Source: Chiloscyllium plagiosum (Eukaryota). Taken from it: a stretch of DNA of 64,000 nucleotides. Position 1 is the stretch's first letter. Each line of letters opens with the position of its first letter. The stretch is taken from NCBI RefSeq assembly GCF_004010195.1, contig NC_057725.1, positions 32,949,947 through 33,013,946 of the forward strand. Reading direction: 5' to 3'. This document shows, piece by piece, positions 50,150 to 63,278 of the stretch. The notes under the pieces are model-generated. The model was not told the DNA's origin, did no database searches, and was given only the letters and a program-made list of their open reading frames with translations. The position numbers were made by a program, and so were the translations under genes.

Positions 50150-50269
50150 AAGTACACAGATTTTACAGTTGCTGAATTAACAATAATGCCTTTGGAATAA
50201 TCTTCAATTGAGTTTTGTTTTGTCTGCAACTCAACCAAAGACCAGCTTGTCTACTCAGCGTGTAATGAT

Positions 50270-52245
50270 CCCGAATGGATCAATGCAAGAGGTCTGACAG
50301 GTAAAGCAGATGAACCTAGGACATGGGTGAGAACATGGCACTGGGATATCATAGCTATTACAGAAACATGGTTCAGAGATAGACAGGACTTAATCGAGGA
50401 AGGATAGAAAGGGAGGCAAGAAAGGGGGAAGAGTGGCATTTTGGTTAGGGGAAACATTATGGCTTTTCTGAGGGAGGATATTCCTTGGGGAGATCGTCCA
50501 GTGAAGTTATATGGGTAGAACTGAGAAATAAGAAAGGGATGATTACCTTGTTGGGATTGTATTATAGGCTTCCCCAATAGTCAGTGGGAAATTGAGAAGA
50601 CATATATAAGCAAATTTCAGATATCTGTAGAAAGATTAGGGTTGTAATGATGTGGGATTTGAACTTTCCAAACATAGACTGGGCTTGGATGGAAAGGAAT
50701 TTGTTAAATGTGTACAAGAAAACTTTCTTATTCAATATGTGGATGTATCTATTAGAAAAGGAGCAATACTTGAACTTCTGTTAGGAAATAAGGCAACGCA
50801 GGTGACTGAGGTGTCAGTGGGGTAGTACCTGGGGGCAAGTAATCATAATTCTATTAATGGTAGGGCCCAGGCAAGTTTTTCTGAACAAAGAGACCATGAA
50901 TTGTGATGATGCTGCTCCTTTAATAAGGTTATGCTGTGCTTAGTTTTTTATTCAGAGAGATCGTAAAAGCAGTGACTCCGAAAGGTCTAGGTTTGAAGGG
51001 TTTTCAGGCCAATTTGATTATAGCAAACAGATAATGCCCACAGCAAAAGGCTTTCAAGTGAAAAACAACACTTGTACAATGATGGGGGTCTGGCCAGTTC
51101 TCCCAATTCAGCTTTTCTCTAGTTTGGTTTGGTTTGGTTTTTAGCAGACTGTCTATTTACTGAAAGCAGGCAGTCATTTGAAACTGCTATACCCAAAGAG
51201 ACCCAAAGATGATCTTTCTTCTCTCTGATATCTCTCCTGTAAGAACCTGAGTTTAATTTTTCCTTTTTTGCCAAGGAATGTTTATGGGCATTGTTGCAAG
51301 TATTTGGAACAGCATCATTAAGTTGGAATAATCTGTTGGGTTTTTGGATAAGCTACGCTATTCTATACTCTGTTCTGTTTTGTTTGTGTGTCCTTCAGTA
51401 ATCTTGTAAATCAATTCTGTTTTGTTTAAAACAAGTAGTTTGATCAGCTGCATCACTCCTGAAATATTTGCTTTACATCTATTTAAAACAACTAGCAAAG
51501 TTAGGGTCCAGGCTACTTTCTTGAAATGTTTTGATGGGGTCTGGCCTGGTCCATAACAGAGTGCAGGTACATAGTTCCTTAAAAATGGAGTTGCAGGTAG
51601 ACAGGCTGGTGAAGAAAGTGTTTGGCACTCTTGACTTCATTGAGTATAGGAGTTGAAATGTTGCCGCTTTATAGGACATTGGTGAGGCCACTTTTAGAAT
51701 GCTGCGTAAAATTCTGGTTGCCCTTTTATAAGGAAGGATGTTGCTAAACTTGAAAGGCTGAAGAAAAAATTGACGAGGAAGTTGCTGGGACTGGAGAGTT
51801 TGAGCTATAGGGAGAGGCTGAATTGGCCAACATGTTTTTTTCCTGGAACATTGAAGGCTGATGGGTGACTTTATAGAGACTTATAAAAGCATGAGGGGCA
51901 TAGATAGGGTGAACAGCCAAGGTCTTTTTTTCTGAGAGTGAGGGAGACCAAAACTAGAAGGTTTTTGTTTAAGGTGAGAGGGGAAAGATTTAAAAAGGAC
52001 CTGAGGGGTAACTTTTTCACACAGAGGGTGGTTGTGTGTATAGAACAAGCTGCCAGAGAAGGTGGTGGATGCAGATACAATTACAACATTTCAATGATAT
52101 CTGTTGGGTACATGAGTGGGAAGGGTTTGGAGGGACATAAGACAAATGCTGGCAAATGGGACTAGGTCAGATTGGGATGTGTGGTCAGGACCGAAGGGTC
52201 TTTTTCCATGCTGTATGACTCTATATCTCCAAGACTATGATTCTA
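50270..52245 (+). mobile_element. Fragmented CR1 (endonuclease region, then RT 3' end) interrupted by a solo LTR
   Basis: WDIIAITETW and DLNFPNIDW-like remnants; GERFKKDLRGNFFTQRVV. Confidence 0.85.
50902..51558. mobile_element. Solo LTR, 657 bp
   Basis: TGTGATG...CATAACA termini, flanked by GAAT/GAGT 4-bp TSD, splitting CR1 sequence agagacc..gagtgcagg. Confidence 0.75.
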
Positions 52246-52619
52246 CAAAAACAATTTATTCTGAGTAACCTACAAAACCTTATTCAGTGTCTACTCTTTC
52301 TCATTCCGAATTCCGTTAGTCACTAGTGTACTACACCTGGGGTCAATGGATATTCATCAAAAGCAAAAAGCCAACTATGATACCTCATACATCAGCTATT
52401 GCATTATGTCCTGATTTTGTGGTGAAATAATTAGGGTGCTAGTTAGATAAGCTTTGGCTAGCGATCCCTCATTTTGAATTTATGTTCTCAACTCAGCACA
52501 AAATGGGTTCAAATCTAGTGCCTTCCTAACAACACTGGCATCTATCCTGTAATATAAAAAAAATCCTGATATGTCCTATATACAAGAAAGGAAAATATCA
52601 AATGCTACAGTATCAGTCT

Positions 52620-53840
52620 ATCCTCAAGCATCAGCAAAGTGATGAAATTGGTTGTCATGAGTTCTATCAACCAGCTCTTGCAAAGGAATAGATTGTTCAT
52701 TGATGCTCAGCTTGGGTTCCACCAAAACCATACAGCTTCTGCACTTTGTCAAAACAGAATAGAAATTGTAATTTCCATAGATAAGATAACATTTGCCCAA
52801 ATATGTTATCAAGGAACCTCAACAAAATTGGAGTCAACGGAAATCAGGGGAAAGGTCTCCATTGGCTGGAATCATATGCTGCACAGAGGAAGATGGCTGT
52901 GATTGTTGGAGATAAATCACCTCATCCAAGGACATCACAGCAGATTTCCTCAGGGTAGTGACTTAGACTCAATCATTTTCAGCTGCTTCATCAATGACCT
53001 TTACTTCATCTTAAGGTTAGCAGTGGAAATGTTTGTACTGTTTACACAATGTTCAGCACCAATTGCAACTCCTCTGATCGAAAAGCAGTCAGTCCATGTC
53101 CAAATGAAGCAAGACCTGGACAATATCCAGGCTTGAGCTGAAAATTGATATGTAATATTCACTTCCCATAAATACAAGAACATTACCATCCTCAACAAGT
53201 AAGGGTTTAACTATCGCACTTGACATTCAATAGCATGACTATCACTGAACACCTCAGTATCAACACACAGGGGAAATTGAACGTGGCCAGCTATGTAAAT
53301 ACTGTGACTAAAAGAGCAGGGTAGAGACCAGAACTTCTGTGGCAATTAATGCACCTCCTGACTCCCCAGTATCTATCCGTCATCTACAAGCCACTTCAGG
53401 AGTGTGATGGAATACTTGCCTAGAGAGTGCAGCTCCAACACCACTCAAGAAGCTCAAAACTATTCAAGTCAAAGCAACCCATTTGATTGGCAGAACCTTC
53501 AACATTTACTCCCTTCACCTCTGATGTGCAGTGGCAGCAGTGTGCACCATCTACAAGATGCACTGCGGTAACTCATCATGGCTCCTTTGACAGCACCTTC
53601 CAAACCTATGGCCTTTACCACCTGTGAGGATAAGGGCAGCAGATACATAGAAACACCACCAACTACAAGTTCCTTCATGTCACACAACATCCTATTCCCA
53701 GTTCTTCATTACCACTGGGTTAAATCCTGAAATTTATTTTCTAACAGCACTCTTCTAAGGACTGCAAATGTTCAAGGAGTCAGCTCCCCACTGCTTTCTC
53801 AAAGACAGTTAGAAATGAACAATAAATGTCATCCATATCC
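52620..53840 (+). mobile_element. Old CR1/L2-group LINE remnant
   Basis: DAQLGFHQNH, FPQGSDLDSIIFSCFINDL, KQDLDNIQA; AATAAA near the end. Confidence 0.75.
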
Positions 53841-54010
53841 CATGAAGAAATAAAAATAATCATAAACTCTTTTCAAAATATTGTCTATTTGTATTGAGTT
53901 TTTATTTCCACAGATTTGATCTTAAAGCTTTGTACTCAAGTTTACAAGGATAGAGCAATATAAGCATTGCCTATCAGAATGTTATGGCTGGGTTTCTCTG
54001 AATTACTTAC

Positions 54011-54087
54011 TTTTGTGGATCCAGAAATTAACTTGCAGCCCTTGTGCAAGACTTTTCTTCTAATTTTGTACATTTTAGTGAAATTCA
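54011..54087 (-). other. Candidate upstream exon (77 nt; 5' UTR or unassigned)
   Basis: Strong acceptor tttttcttttccttacAG and donor GTAAGT in a non-repeat island. Confidence 0.45.
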
Positions 54088-54221
54088 CTGTAAGGAAAAG
54101 AAAAACACTGATGAGGATAGCATTCTCTGTGCACAAAAAATTGAAAATTCTTCCCTAACTATCACTTTATGAAGATACCATGTTACCTTGTCATCCCCAA
54201 AAACATGACTACAGGAATAGT

Positions 54222-55630
54222 ATCAAAAGACTGGAGGATAGCAAATATTGTTCCTTGATTCAAGAAGGGGAGTAGAGACAACCCTGGTAATTATAGACCA
54301 GTGAGCCTTACTTCGGTTGTGGGTAAAGTGTTGGAAAAGGTTATAAGAGATAGGATTTATAATCATCTCAAAAGAAGTAAGTTGATTAGGGATAGTCAAC
54401 ATGGTTTTGTGAAGGGTAGGTCGTGCCGCACAAACCTTATTGAGTTCTTTGAGAAGTTGGTGGACGAGGATAAAGTGGTTGTTGTGGTGTATATGGATTT
54501 CAGTAAGACGTTTGATAAGGTTCCCCCATGGTAGGCTATTGCACAAAATATGGAGGCATGGGATTGGATCAGAGATTGGCTCACTAAAAGAAGACAGAGG
54601 GTGGTGGTTGATAGGAAATGTTCATTCTGGAGTTCAGTTATTAGCGGTGTACCACAACAACCCTGTTTTGGGACCACTGCTGTTTGTCATTTTTATAAAT
54701 GACCTGGATGAGGGCATAGAGAGATAGATTAGAAGGATGCGGATGACACTAAAGTCGGTAGAGTTGTGGGTAGTGCCGAAGGATGTTGTAGGTTACAGAG
54801 GGACAGAGATAAGCTGCAGAGCTGGGCTGAGAGGTGGCAAATGGAGTTTAGTGCAGAAAAGTGTGAGGTGATTCACTTTGGAAGGAGTAGCAGGAATGCA
54901 GAGTACTGGGCAAATTACAAGATTCTTGGTATTGTGGATGAGCAGAGAGATCTCAGTGTCCATGTACAGAGATCCCTCAAAGTTGCCACCCAGGTTGATA
55001 GGGCTGTTAAAATGGCATATGGTGTGTTAGCTTTTATTAGTGAAGGAATCAAGTTTCAGAACCATGAGGTCATACTGAGGCTGTACAAAACACTGGTGCA
55101 GCCGCACTTGGAATATTGCATGCAGTTCTGGTCACCACATTGTAGGAAGGATGTGGAAGTTTTGGAAAGGGTTCAGAAGAGATTTACTAGGATGTTGCCT
55201 GGTATGGAGGGAAGGTCTTATGAGGAAAGGTTGAGGGACTTGAAGCTGTTTTTGTTAGAGGGAAGAAGGTTGAGAGGTGATTTAATTGAGACATAAGGTA
55301 ATCAGAGGGTTAGATTGGGTGGACAGTGATAGCTTTTTTTCCGAGGATGGTGATGGTTAGCATGAGGAGGCATAGTTTCAAATTGCAGGGTGATAGATGT
55401 AGTACTTTCAGAGGTAGTTTCTTTACGCAGAGAGTAGTAGGGGCATGGAATGTACTGCCTGCAACAGGAGTAGACTTGCCAACTTTAAGGGCATTTAAAT
55501 GATCATTGGATAGGCATATGGATGAGAGTGGAATAGTATAGGTTAGATAGGTTTCAGATTGGTTTGACAGATCAGCGCATCATCGAGGGCCGAAGGGCCC
55601 ATACTACGCTGTAATGTTCTATGTTCTATA
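54222..55630 (+). mobile_element. 5'-truncated CR1 LINE, subfamily like 14995-18380
   Basis: RT remnants (54301..55296), (gttctat)n tail. Confidence 0.95.
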
Positions 55631-56111
55631 TCAACACACAAATCAAATCCCAAGTTAACTTCAGTATCACACTTCAGATGAATATTTATAAATTGTTCCC
55701 AAGAGATTCCATGGATAGATGGGAATGGTGAGGATTTAATTTATTTGCAGTTTGTTTCTTTCTTTTGTTAAGAAGTTCTTTATCTAATAGGCTATTACTT
55801 TTATTTTATGGCTTCTTCATACTGTAGCACTGCTGGTGATGGCAGTCCAAGCTGCAATGGCACCAATAGCAGCACTTTCTTCGGAGGTGCTCAATATTGT
55901 CTAAAGAAGTGCTTATTCCTGGCCTGTAGAAGTTGGCAGTGATACAAGCAGTAAACATATCGAAGTGTATGTAAAGCCAGTCACCAATATTTCTGTATAG
56001 ACCAAAGTTAAAATACAGGGTGTTTATCATCAGTTTATACTATTTTTCTTACTGAACCAAAAAATCACTTGGTAACTTTACACAAATGAAGCTACAAAAT
56101 AGCAATCATGT

Positions 56112-56835
56112 GAAATGGGGAAGCATTAGGCTTTGGAAACCTGAAAAACAAAGGGATCTGGGAGTCTTAGTTCAGGATTCTCTGAAGATGAACATGCAAG
56201 TTCAGTTGGCAGTTAGAAAGGCAAATGCAATGTTAGCATTAATTTCAAGAGGGCTCGAATACACGAGTAGAGATGTACTCCTGAGGATTTTGAAGGCTCT
56301 GGTCAGACTGCATTTGGAATATTATGAGCAGTTTTGGATGCTGTATCTAAGGAAGCATGTCCTGGCCTTGGACGGGGTCCTGGGGATGAAGGGTTTGGAA
56401 TGTGAGTAGTTGAGGAATCTGTGTCTTTACTCAATGGAGTTTAGAAGGAAGAGGGGGTATCTGATTGAAACTGACAGAATACTGAGAGACCTGGATAGAG
56501 TAAACTTGGGCAAATTTTTTCACTAGTAGGAGCAACTAGAAGCTAAGGGCACAGCCTCAGAGTAAAGGCACAACTCTTTAGAATGGAGATGAGGAGGAAT
56601 TTTTTTCATCCATTGAGTGGTTAATCTGTGTAACTTATTGCCATAGAAGGCTGTGGAAGCCAAGTCATTGAGTGTCTTTAAGGCAAAGATACACCGATTC
56701 TTGATTAGTAAGGGGACCAAAGATTACAGGGAGAGGCAGAAAAATGGGATTGAGAAACATATCCACCATGATTGAATGGTAGAGCAGAACTGATGGGCTG
56801 TTACGGTCTAATTCTACTCCTATACTTATGGTCTC
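56112..56835 (+). mobile_element. Degraded CR1 3' fragment
   Basis: QRDLGVLVQDSLK...LVRLHLEY; ttatggtc end. Confidence 0.85.
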
Positions 56836-56989
56836 AGAGTTACTGTAGACTTCCCAATCCTACGGGTTGAAATCCCTAATAGGGTCAATGGTTGAAATTT
56901 TGAATCAATGGTTGCCACGGAGCAGAGACCAAATGCTAAAGGATGTGGGGCCCCTTTGACGGATTGTAATTTATTCCAATCGTGGTCTG

Positions 56990-57453
56990 GAGCACTAAAC
57001 AGACAGAGAAGAGCTGGATGACTGCCAGGAAGATGAGTATATGTGGCCAGGCAGTATAGGATTCTCATGGGACATTCTCCTCTCAAACAGGTATACCTTT
57101 TTGGATACTGTTAGGGAGGATGGCCTCTCATGGGGAAATGACTAAATATGTGGCCAAAGGATTGATGTAGGAGGGAGGGCTTCAGGTATGTGGATCATTG
57201 GGATGCCTTCCAGAGCACCTGGGACCTATACAGAAAGGACAGATTGCAGCTAACCTGGAGTGGCACTGATAGTCTGACAGGGTTTGCTAATGCAAGTAAG
57301 GAAGATTTAAACTAGTGTGGCTAGAAGCAGAACAGTTGATCAGGAAGCAAAATGACCGCTAAGGAGTCTGAGAGTAAGGCTAGTAAGGCTAAGAGGAAGA
57401 ACAGATAGGGCGAGGTTACTGAACATGGCATGACTGGTGGTCTGAAGCACATC
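56990..57453 (+). mobile_element. CR1 5' remnant (ORF1 region), continued at 63279-64000
   Basis: LYRKDRLQLTWSGT esterase-like remnant; sequence joins in register across the L1. Confidence 0.65.
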
Positions 57454-60400
57454 ATTTATGTATATATATATTTTTATTGGAAAATATGTTTACTCTTTTA
57501 CAAAAACGTTATAAAAATACAAAGATACAGAAGAATAGAGATAATCGAACATTATTATATTACAATGATATTAGCAATGATACTACGCTACAGGATACAA
57601 TCATCTCCTACTTACTTAACTGAAATTAAATTAAAATCAAATTAAATGAAGTGAAATTGAATTAAATTATAATTAATTTTAATTAAATTATATTACATGA
57701 CTCCACTTGCCTCACTTCCACCAAAGCTCCAGTCCATGGGAGCAACAGTTTTTCTATCCATATTTACTAGGCCTGTGCATGCGTACACACACACGCCCCC
57801 GCAGGTTCCCTGACCACCAAATCCAGCTCCCATAGCTATACAAAGGCCCTAATCAGTATTGCCGATAAATCTGTATTTATATAATTTGAAAACGTTCACC
57901 ACGTCTTATAGAATTGCTCTGTTCTGTGGTGCATCATATTTGTAAGATAGTCTTGTGGGATGTGCTCCATCACAAGCCTGAACCACTTTGAAAGACTTGG
58001 TAGTTTTTCTGATGTCCAGTTCATTAGAATGTTCGTCCTTGCAAAGTAAGAATGTTAAATAACCTCTTCCTGTGTTCACCCAGAGAGGGGAGATTCAGCA
58101 GTCCCAAAAGAAGGGATACTGGGTCCACCCTAACTTCAATTTCCAGGATCCTCTCCAGCTCATTCACTATGGCACCCCAATATCCATGAGTCTTGTAACA
58201 TGACCAGAAGCAATGTGTCAGGGTGCCTATGCTAATTTTGCATTTAGGACATTCTGGAGAAGATCCTTTCTTAAACTTAAATAACCTCTCTGGTGCCATA
58301 TAGGCCCTGTGAAGGATCTTCAATTGCATAGTTTGTGCTTTATTGCATATTCAGATTTTCTTCACATTCTTTCATATATCCTCCGATGTTTCCAATGAAA
58401 TTTCCCCTCCTAGTTCCTGACTCCAGATCCCATGGAGTCTCTCCATGTCTCCAAAGGCACTTCCTTTCTGCAAATGGTCTAGGGTACTGACCGAGAGAGC
58501 GCCCCCACATCAGAGCACTCTTCTCTCTATGTTCGACTTGTAGGGCTGAGCCAAGAGTGTGGTCTTCCTCTGTATATAATCCCTAACCTGAAAGGAGTGG
58601 AAGAGGTCCCTACTAGGTAATCCATAGTTCTGACTTAATTGGTTAAAATTAAGACCTCTCCCTCAAATAGGTCTCCCAATCAGGAGATTCCCTTACCCTC
58701 CCATGCTTTGAAGCCAGAGTCCATTGACCCCGACCTAAATCCTGGGACTTCCCTAATAGAGTGAACAGCAAGGTCTTAAGCAAATTGCCCTCACCCTGCC
58801 ACATTATTCTCCATGCTTTCACCATATTTAAGATAATTGGGCTCACATAGTGCTCAGCTACTCACAACATCTTGTCCATAGGGGCAGCAGTCCAAAGATG
58901 TGCAGATTAGGTAAATTGGCCATGCTAAATTGCCAATATTGTTAGGTGTAGGGGAATGGGTCTGGTTGGGTTGCCCTTCGGAGGGTCATTGTGGACTTGT
59001 TGGGCCGAAGGGCCTGTTTCCACACTGTAGGGAATCTAATCTAATCTAATCTAATCTAAACAGTAAATTAATGAGGGGGCATCTTGCCTGCAAGGCCAAT
59101 CACCCACATATGACAACAGGGCACCTATTTGGTATCTCCTCGGATCAGGGAGATCCACCCCCTCCATTCCCTGCAGGGGTTGCAGCTTAGTAAATTTAAC
59201 TAGGGGGCGCCTACAGCACCAAATAAAGGAGTCAAGCCAACCAGTGAACTGCCACAGCACATGTCTGGGAAGCAACAACAAGAGCATCCTTGTAGGGTAT
59301 AATAGCCAAGGAAAAACATTCATTTTAATCAAGGCTATTTGGCCTAATCAAATATTGGTAGCCCATCCCACTGAGCTCTTGTTTTATCCTATCAAACAAT
59401 TGCACCACATTAGCTCTATACAGCTGATGGAAGATGGGGGTAATAAAAATTCCTTGATAGAGAAAACCTTTTTTGCGACCACCGAAAGGGAAACTGTGTT
59501 CCGTCTTCCAGGCTCAGGCACTCTTACCAATACCCCCACGGGCATGACTTCCGACTTTGCAAAATTTAGCCTGTCTCCCGAAAATTTGCGAAGAATTTAA
59601 TTTTTGGTATTAGCTGGAGTACAGACTTTTCCAAGTTAGCCAGAAACAGAAGGACATCATCAGCGTAAAGAGTAATTTTATGCTCCTCCATTCCTACCTC
59701 TGGTGCCATTATTTCTGCGTCCTTTGGATGGCCTCTCCCAACGGCTCAATTACCAAGGTAAAATAGTAGCGGTGAGAGAGGACATCCCTGGCGGCTGCCT
59801 CTCCCCACACTAAAATTATCTGATTTAACACCGTTCGTGATGGTTGCCACCTTGGGATTATTATATAGCACTGCCACCAACCTAGCAAAGGCCCCCCCAA
59901 AGACCAAAACGATCTAGAACACCAAAGAGATACAACCATTCCACCTGATCAAATGCCTTTTCCGAATCTGGTGAGACCACCAAGCCCGAAATCTATCTCT
60001 GCTGACATACTTGCACTATGTTCAGTACTGTCCTGATATTATTGAAAGAGCTACAGCCTTTAATAAAACCCATCTGGTCTTTTTTTATAATAACTGGCAG
60101 TACTTTTTCCAACCTCAGGGCCAGCATCTTTGATAAAATTTTGAAGTCTACATTCAACAACGAGATAGGTCTGTACGAGGCACAATCCTCAGGATCTTTC
60201 CCTTTCTTTAAAATGAGGGAGATATTGGCCTCCCTAAGGAAGGGCGGGAGGCAGTCTTAGCTAGACGAGTGACTGTACATCCTCAGAAGTGGCTCGGCCA
60301 GCATGTTTATGAACTCCTTGTAAAACTCACTTGGGAACTCATCTGGGCCATTGCTTTGCCACTTTGGAGCTGCCTTACTACCTCTTGTATCTCTGGTATT

Positions 60401-63278
60401 GTCAGGGGTGCATTTAAAAGGGAGACCTGCTCTGCGTTTATACTGGGGAGGTCCAGGTTCCCGAAAAAGGATTCCATCCTCACAGCCCTCCGATCGATAT
60501 AACTCGGCATAGAATTCCCAAAATCTAGCATTAATCTTTTTCAGCTTGCAGGTGATGGTACCAGCTCTCTCCCTAATAGATACAATGGACTGTGGAGCAC
60601 TTTTCTTCCTAGCCAGGTACCACCTGATTTTTCCCCGTATTCGAACAACCTTTGCATTGCAAAGGAGATCCCTCCCTTCGCCTCTTGTATGAGCACTGAG
60701 TCCAGAGCAGCCCAGAAAGCCATGACCCACTATAACTTAACCACAGACGGTCTGCTATAATATGCTGACTCAGCTGCTTTCAGCCGAGCCTCAAGCATCT
60801 GCTGCTGCTTCCCTCTCTGCCTCTTTCTAGTTGTTGAGTATGAGGTAATCAAACCCCTTAAATACGCCTTGGTGGTCTCCCAAAGCACCGATGGATTACT
60901 GGCCATTCCCCAATGTAGTCCACAAAGTTGCCAGCCCTCAACAGAAATGGATCCATGTGTCAGTGCTGTGTAACTGTTCCACCACCCTTAATCTTGACAT
61001 CCAAATACACTGTCACATGGTCTGAAATGGTTATGTCCCCAATCACTGAGTCAAAACAAAGCAAAGGAATAAATAAATATCAATTCTCATGTGGCACTTG
61101 CGTGGGTTGGAGTAGAAGGTAAAATTCCACCCATTAGGGTGGAGACACCTCCATACATCCACTAGCTGCAACTTCCTACACAAGTCCACTAGCTATCTAG
61201 ATTGCAGGGGTATACCTGACCGACCCTTTGGCATCCTGTCTACTCCGGGATCCATGAGGCGATTAAAGTCATCCTCCTATGATCAAACGGCGCTTCTCAA
61301 GAGCCATTAATTTAGAGATTATGCCAACTGAAAATTTGAGGGGTTGCACTGGGGGACAATAAACATTCAGGATGCCATATTCTTCTCCCTGTATTAAGGC
61401 CTTGAGAATGATGGATCGCCCGTGCTCATCCTTGATTTGATCTATCATCTGGTATGGGAGGTTCCTTTGTACCAATATGGCTACTCCTCTACTTTTAAAG
61501 TTAAAGGAGGAGAAAAATACCTTACATTAACCTCCTGCTGTAACTTTAAATTTTCCCCATCAGTTAAGTGTGCCTCCTGCAGCAGAGCAATGTCATCCCT
61601 TTCCTTCTTAAGGTTTGAGAGCACCGTTTTTACTTTTAATAGGGGGATGGCTCCCTCTTATATTCCAGGTGCGCCATCTGAACAGATTGCTAGCCATGAC
61701 CACCCACTGCAACCCGAGAGGAAGACACCTATTCAATGTGCAGCAGGTGGAAAAATCACAGGCTCTAAACATTGTCCCTATAAACACTACTAAAACTAAA
61801 AAACTAATCACTACACTTAAGTTAAACAGATAAACAGATAAACCACAAAACACTAGAGATCTCCCCCGTCACCGATAGGGGACATTCATTCCAAACCTTC
61901 CAGCCATCCTGGTTCCTTCCAGCCAAGGCTGTGCCCCACACCCAAGCAATGCACAGACAAAGAAAACATGTTATTTACACTCATGGAATTTAACAATGGA
62001 TGCCCTCCCCTCCCCTCCATACCTCAATTCCATACATTTTTGCACAAAAGATTACCACCCCTCACCCAGAAAAAAAGAACAGTGAAATAACAGATAATTA
62101 CCAAATGGATGAAATATTAGACAAAGTTTACACCAAGTCAATACCAAGCCTCTAGGACCAAAAACCACGAAAGGGATAAGAACAAAGAAAGAAAAAAATA
62201 CTATAGCATTGTCCGCAATTATCTTTTTTTTCTTTCCTTTCTCCCCTTCCCCGGCCCAAGTCATTCATTTCAGAGGGTTCAACAATTCCTTTGCTTTTTC
62301 TGATGAGTCGTAATTATAAACAGATGATTAAAATGGAGTACTGCCGGGTACCTCAAAGAATATTGAATATTTAAATCTCTTCATTTCATCTTAACATCGT
62401 CAAAAGATTTCCTCTTCTTAATTATGGCCCCAGAGAAGTCTTAAAAGAACATTATTCTTGAACCTTTATACACCAGGGCCTGTGGATCTTGTTCCAGTCT
62501 TCTGGAGGTTTCTATTATTAACTACTTCTCTTTATAGTGCTGGAGTCACACTAGGACCAGGTGAGGGTGCTGATACGATCCGGACCTGCGCATCGCGATT
62601 CGGTGGGCCCACTCCACATTCACCCAGCCTGACTCGATCTCCAGCCCCAAACACTTTGGGAGACACTGCTCTAGGAATGCAACCAGACTCTCACCCTCCT
62701 CACGCTCCGGAAGACCGATGACCCGTAAGTTTCTTTTCCGGTCTCGGTTCTCAAAATCATCAACTTGGTACGATGGGGCCTGAACTTGGCCTTCCAGAGT
62801 TCAGATACGCCCCTCCAAGTTCTCTGTCATGGTCTTTGATGCTGCGGTCCTTTGCTCGATCGCTTCCATGCATCAATCCAATGACTGGATCTCCTGCTAA
62901 TGCTTTATCAGCATGGCAGAGATCAGCTCCAACACTGTTTCAATTTTTTCTCGGGGTTTTGCAAATTCCGAGAGTAAATGCTGCTCAAAGGCACGGCCAC
63001 TAGAGTCGAAGGAGTGGCTGTGGTGCACCTGACACAGTAGGGAAGTACCCTGCCTGCTGTGGTCCTTTCACTCCCTTTCCCTTGTTCATCTTCATCTCGA
63101 TCCCAGAGCTTCCAAATCCAAATTTAAGAGATTCTAGATATTTTGCCTGCTTTGTGCTAACAAATTTTCAAAAGGATGGCTAGTGATAGTGCAGTGGGTA
63201 GAGGTCCACCTTGCCCAGGTTATGGGACAGTGCCCAGCACAGCAGACTTTTCAGACCGCTGCCATCTTGAATCTCTCC
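57454..63278 (-). mobile_element. Full-length but decayed L1-clade LINE (~5.8 kb) with 7-bp TSD; nested SINE fragment at ~58880-59058
   Basis: gcacatc TSD (57447-57453, 63279-63285); 5' CAAGATGGC; ORF1-like ENRDRKRNLRVIGLPE; WNIRG endonuclease; EKAFDQVEW and YADD RT; CPKC...THCFWSC knuckle; AATAAA at 57473-57478. Confidence 0.92.

Noticed and set aside
55806-56030. Cys/His-rich 74-aa ORF as a small protein or exon
   Set aside because: No recognisable domain pattern, non-ATG or weak context and no convincing donor; cannot be supported.
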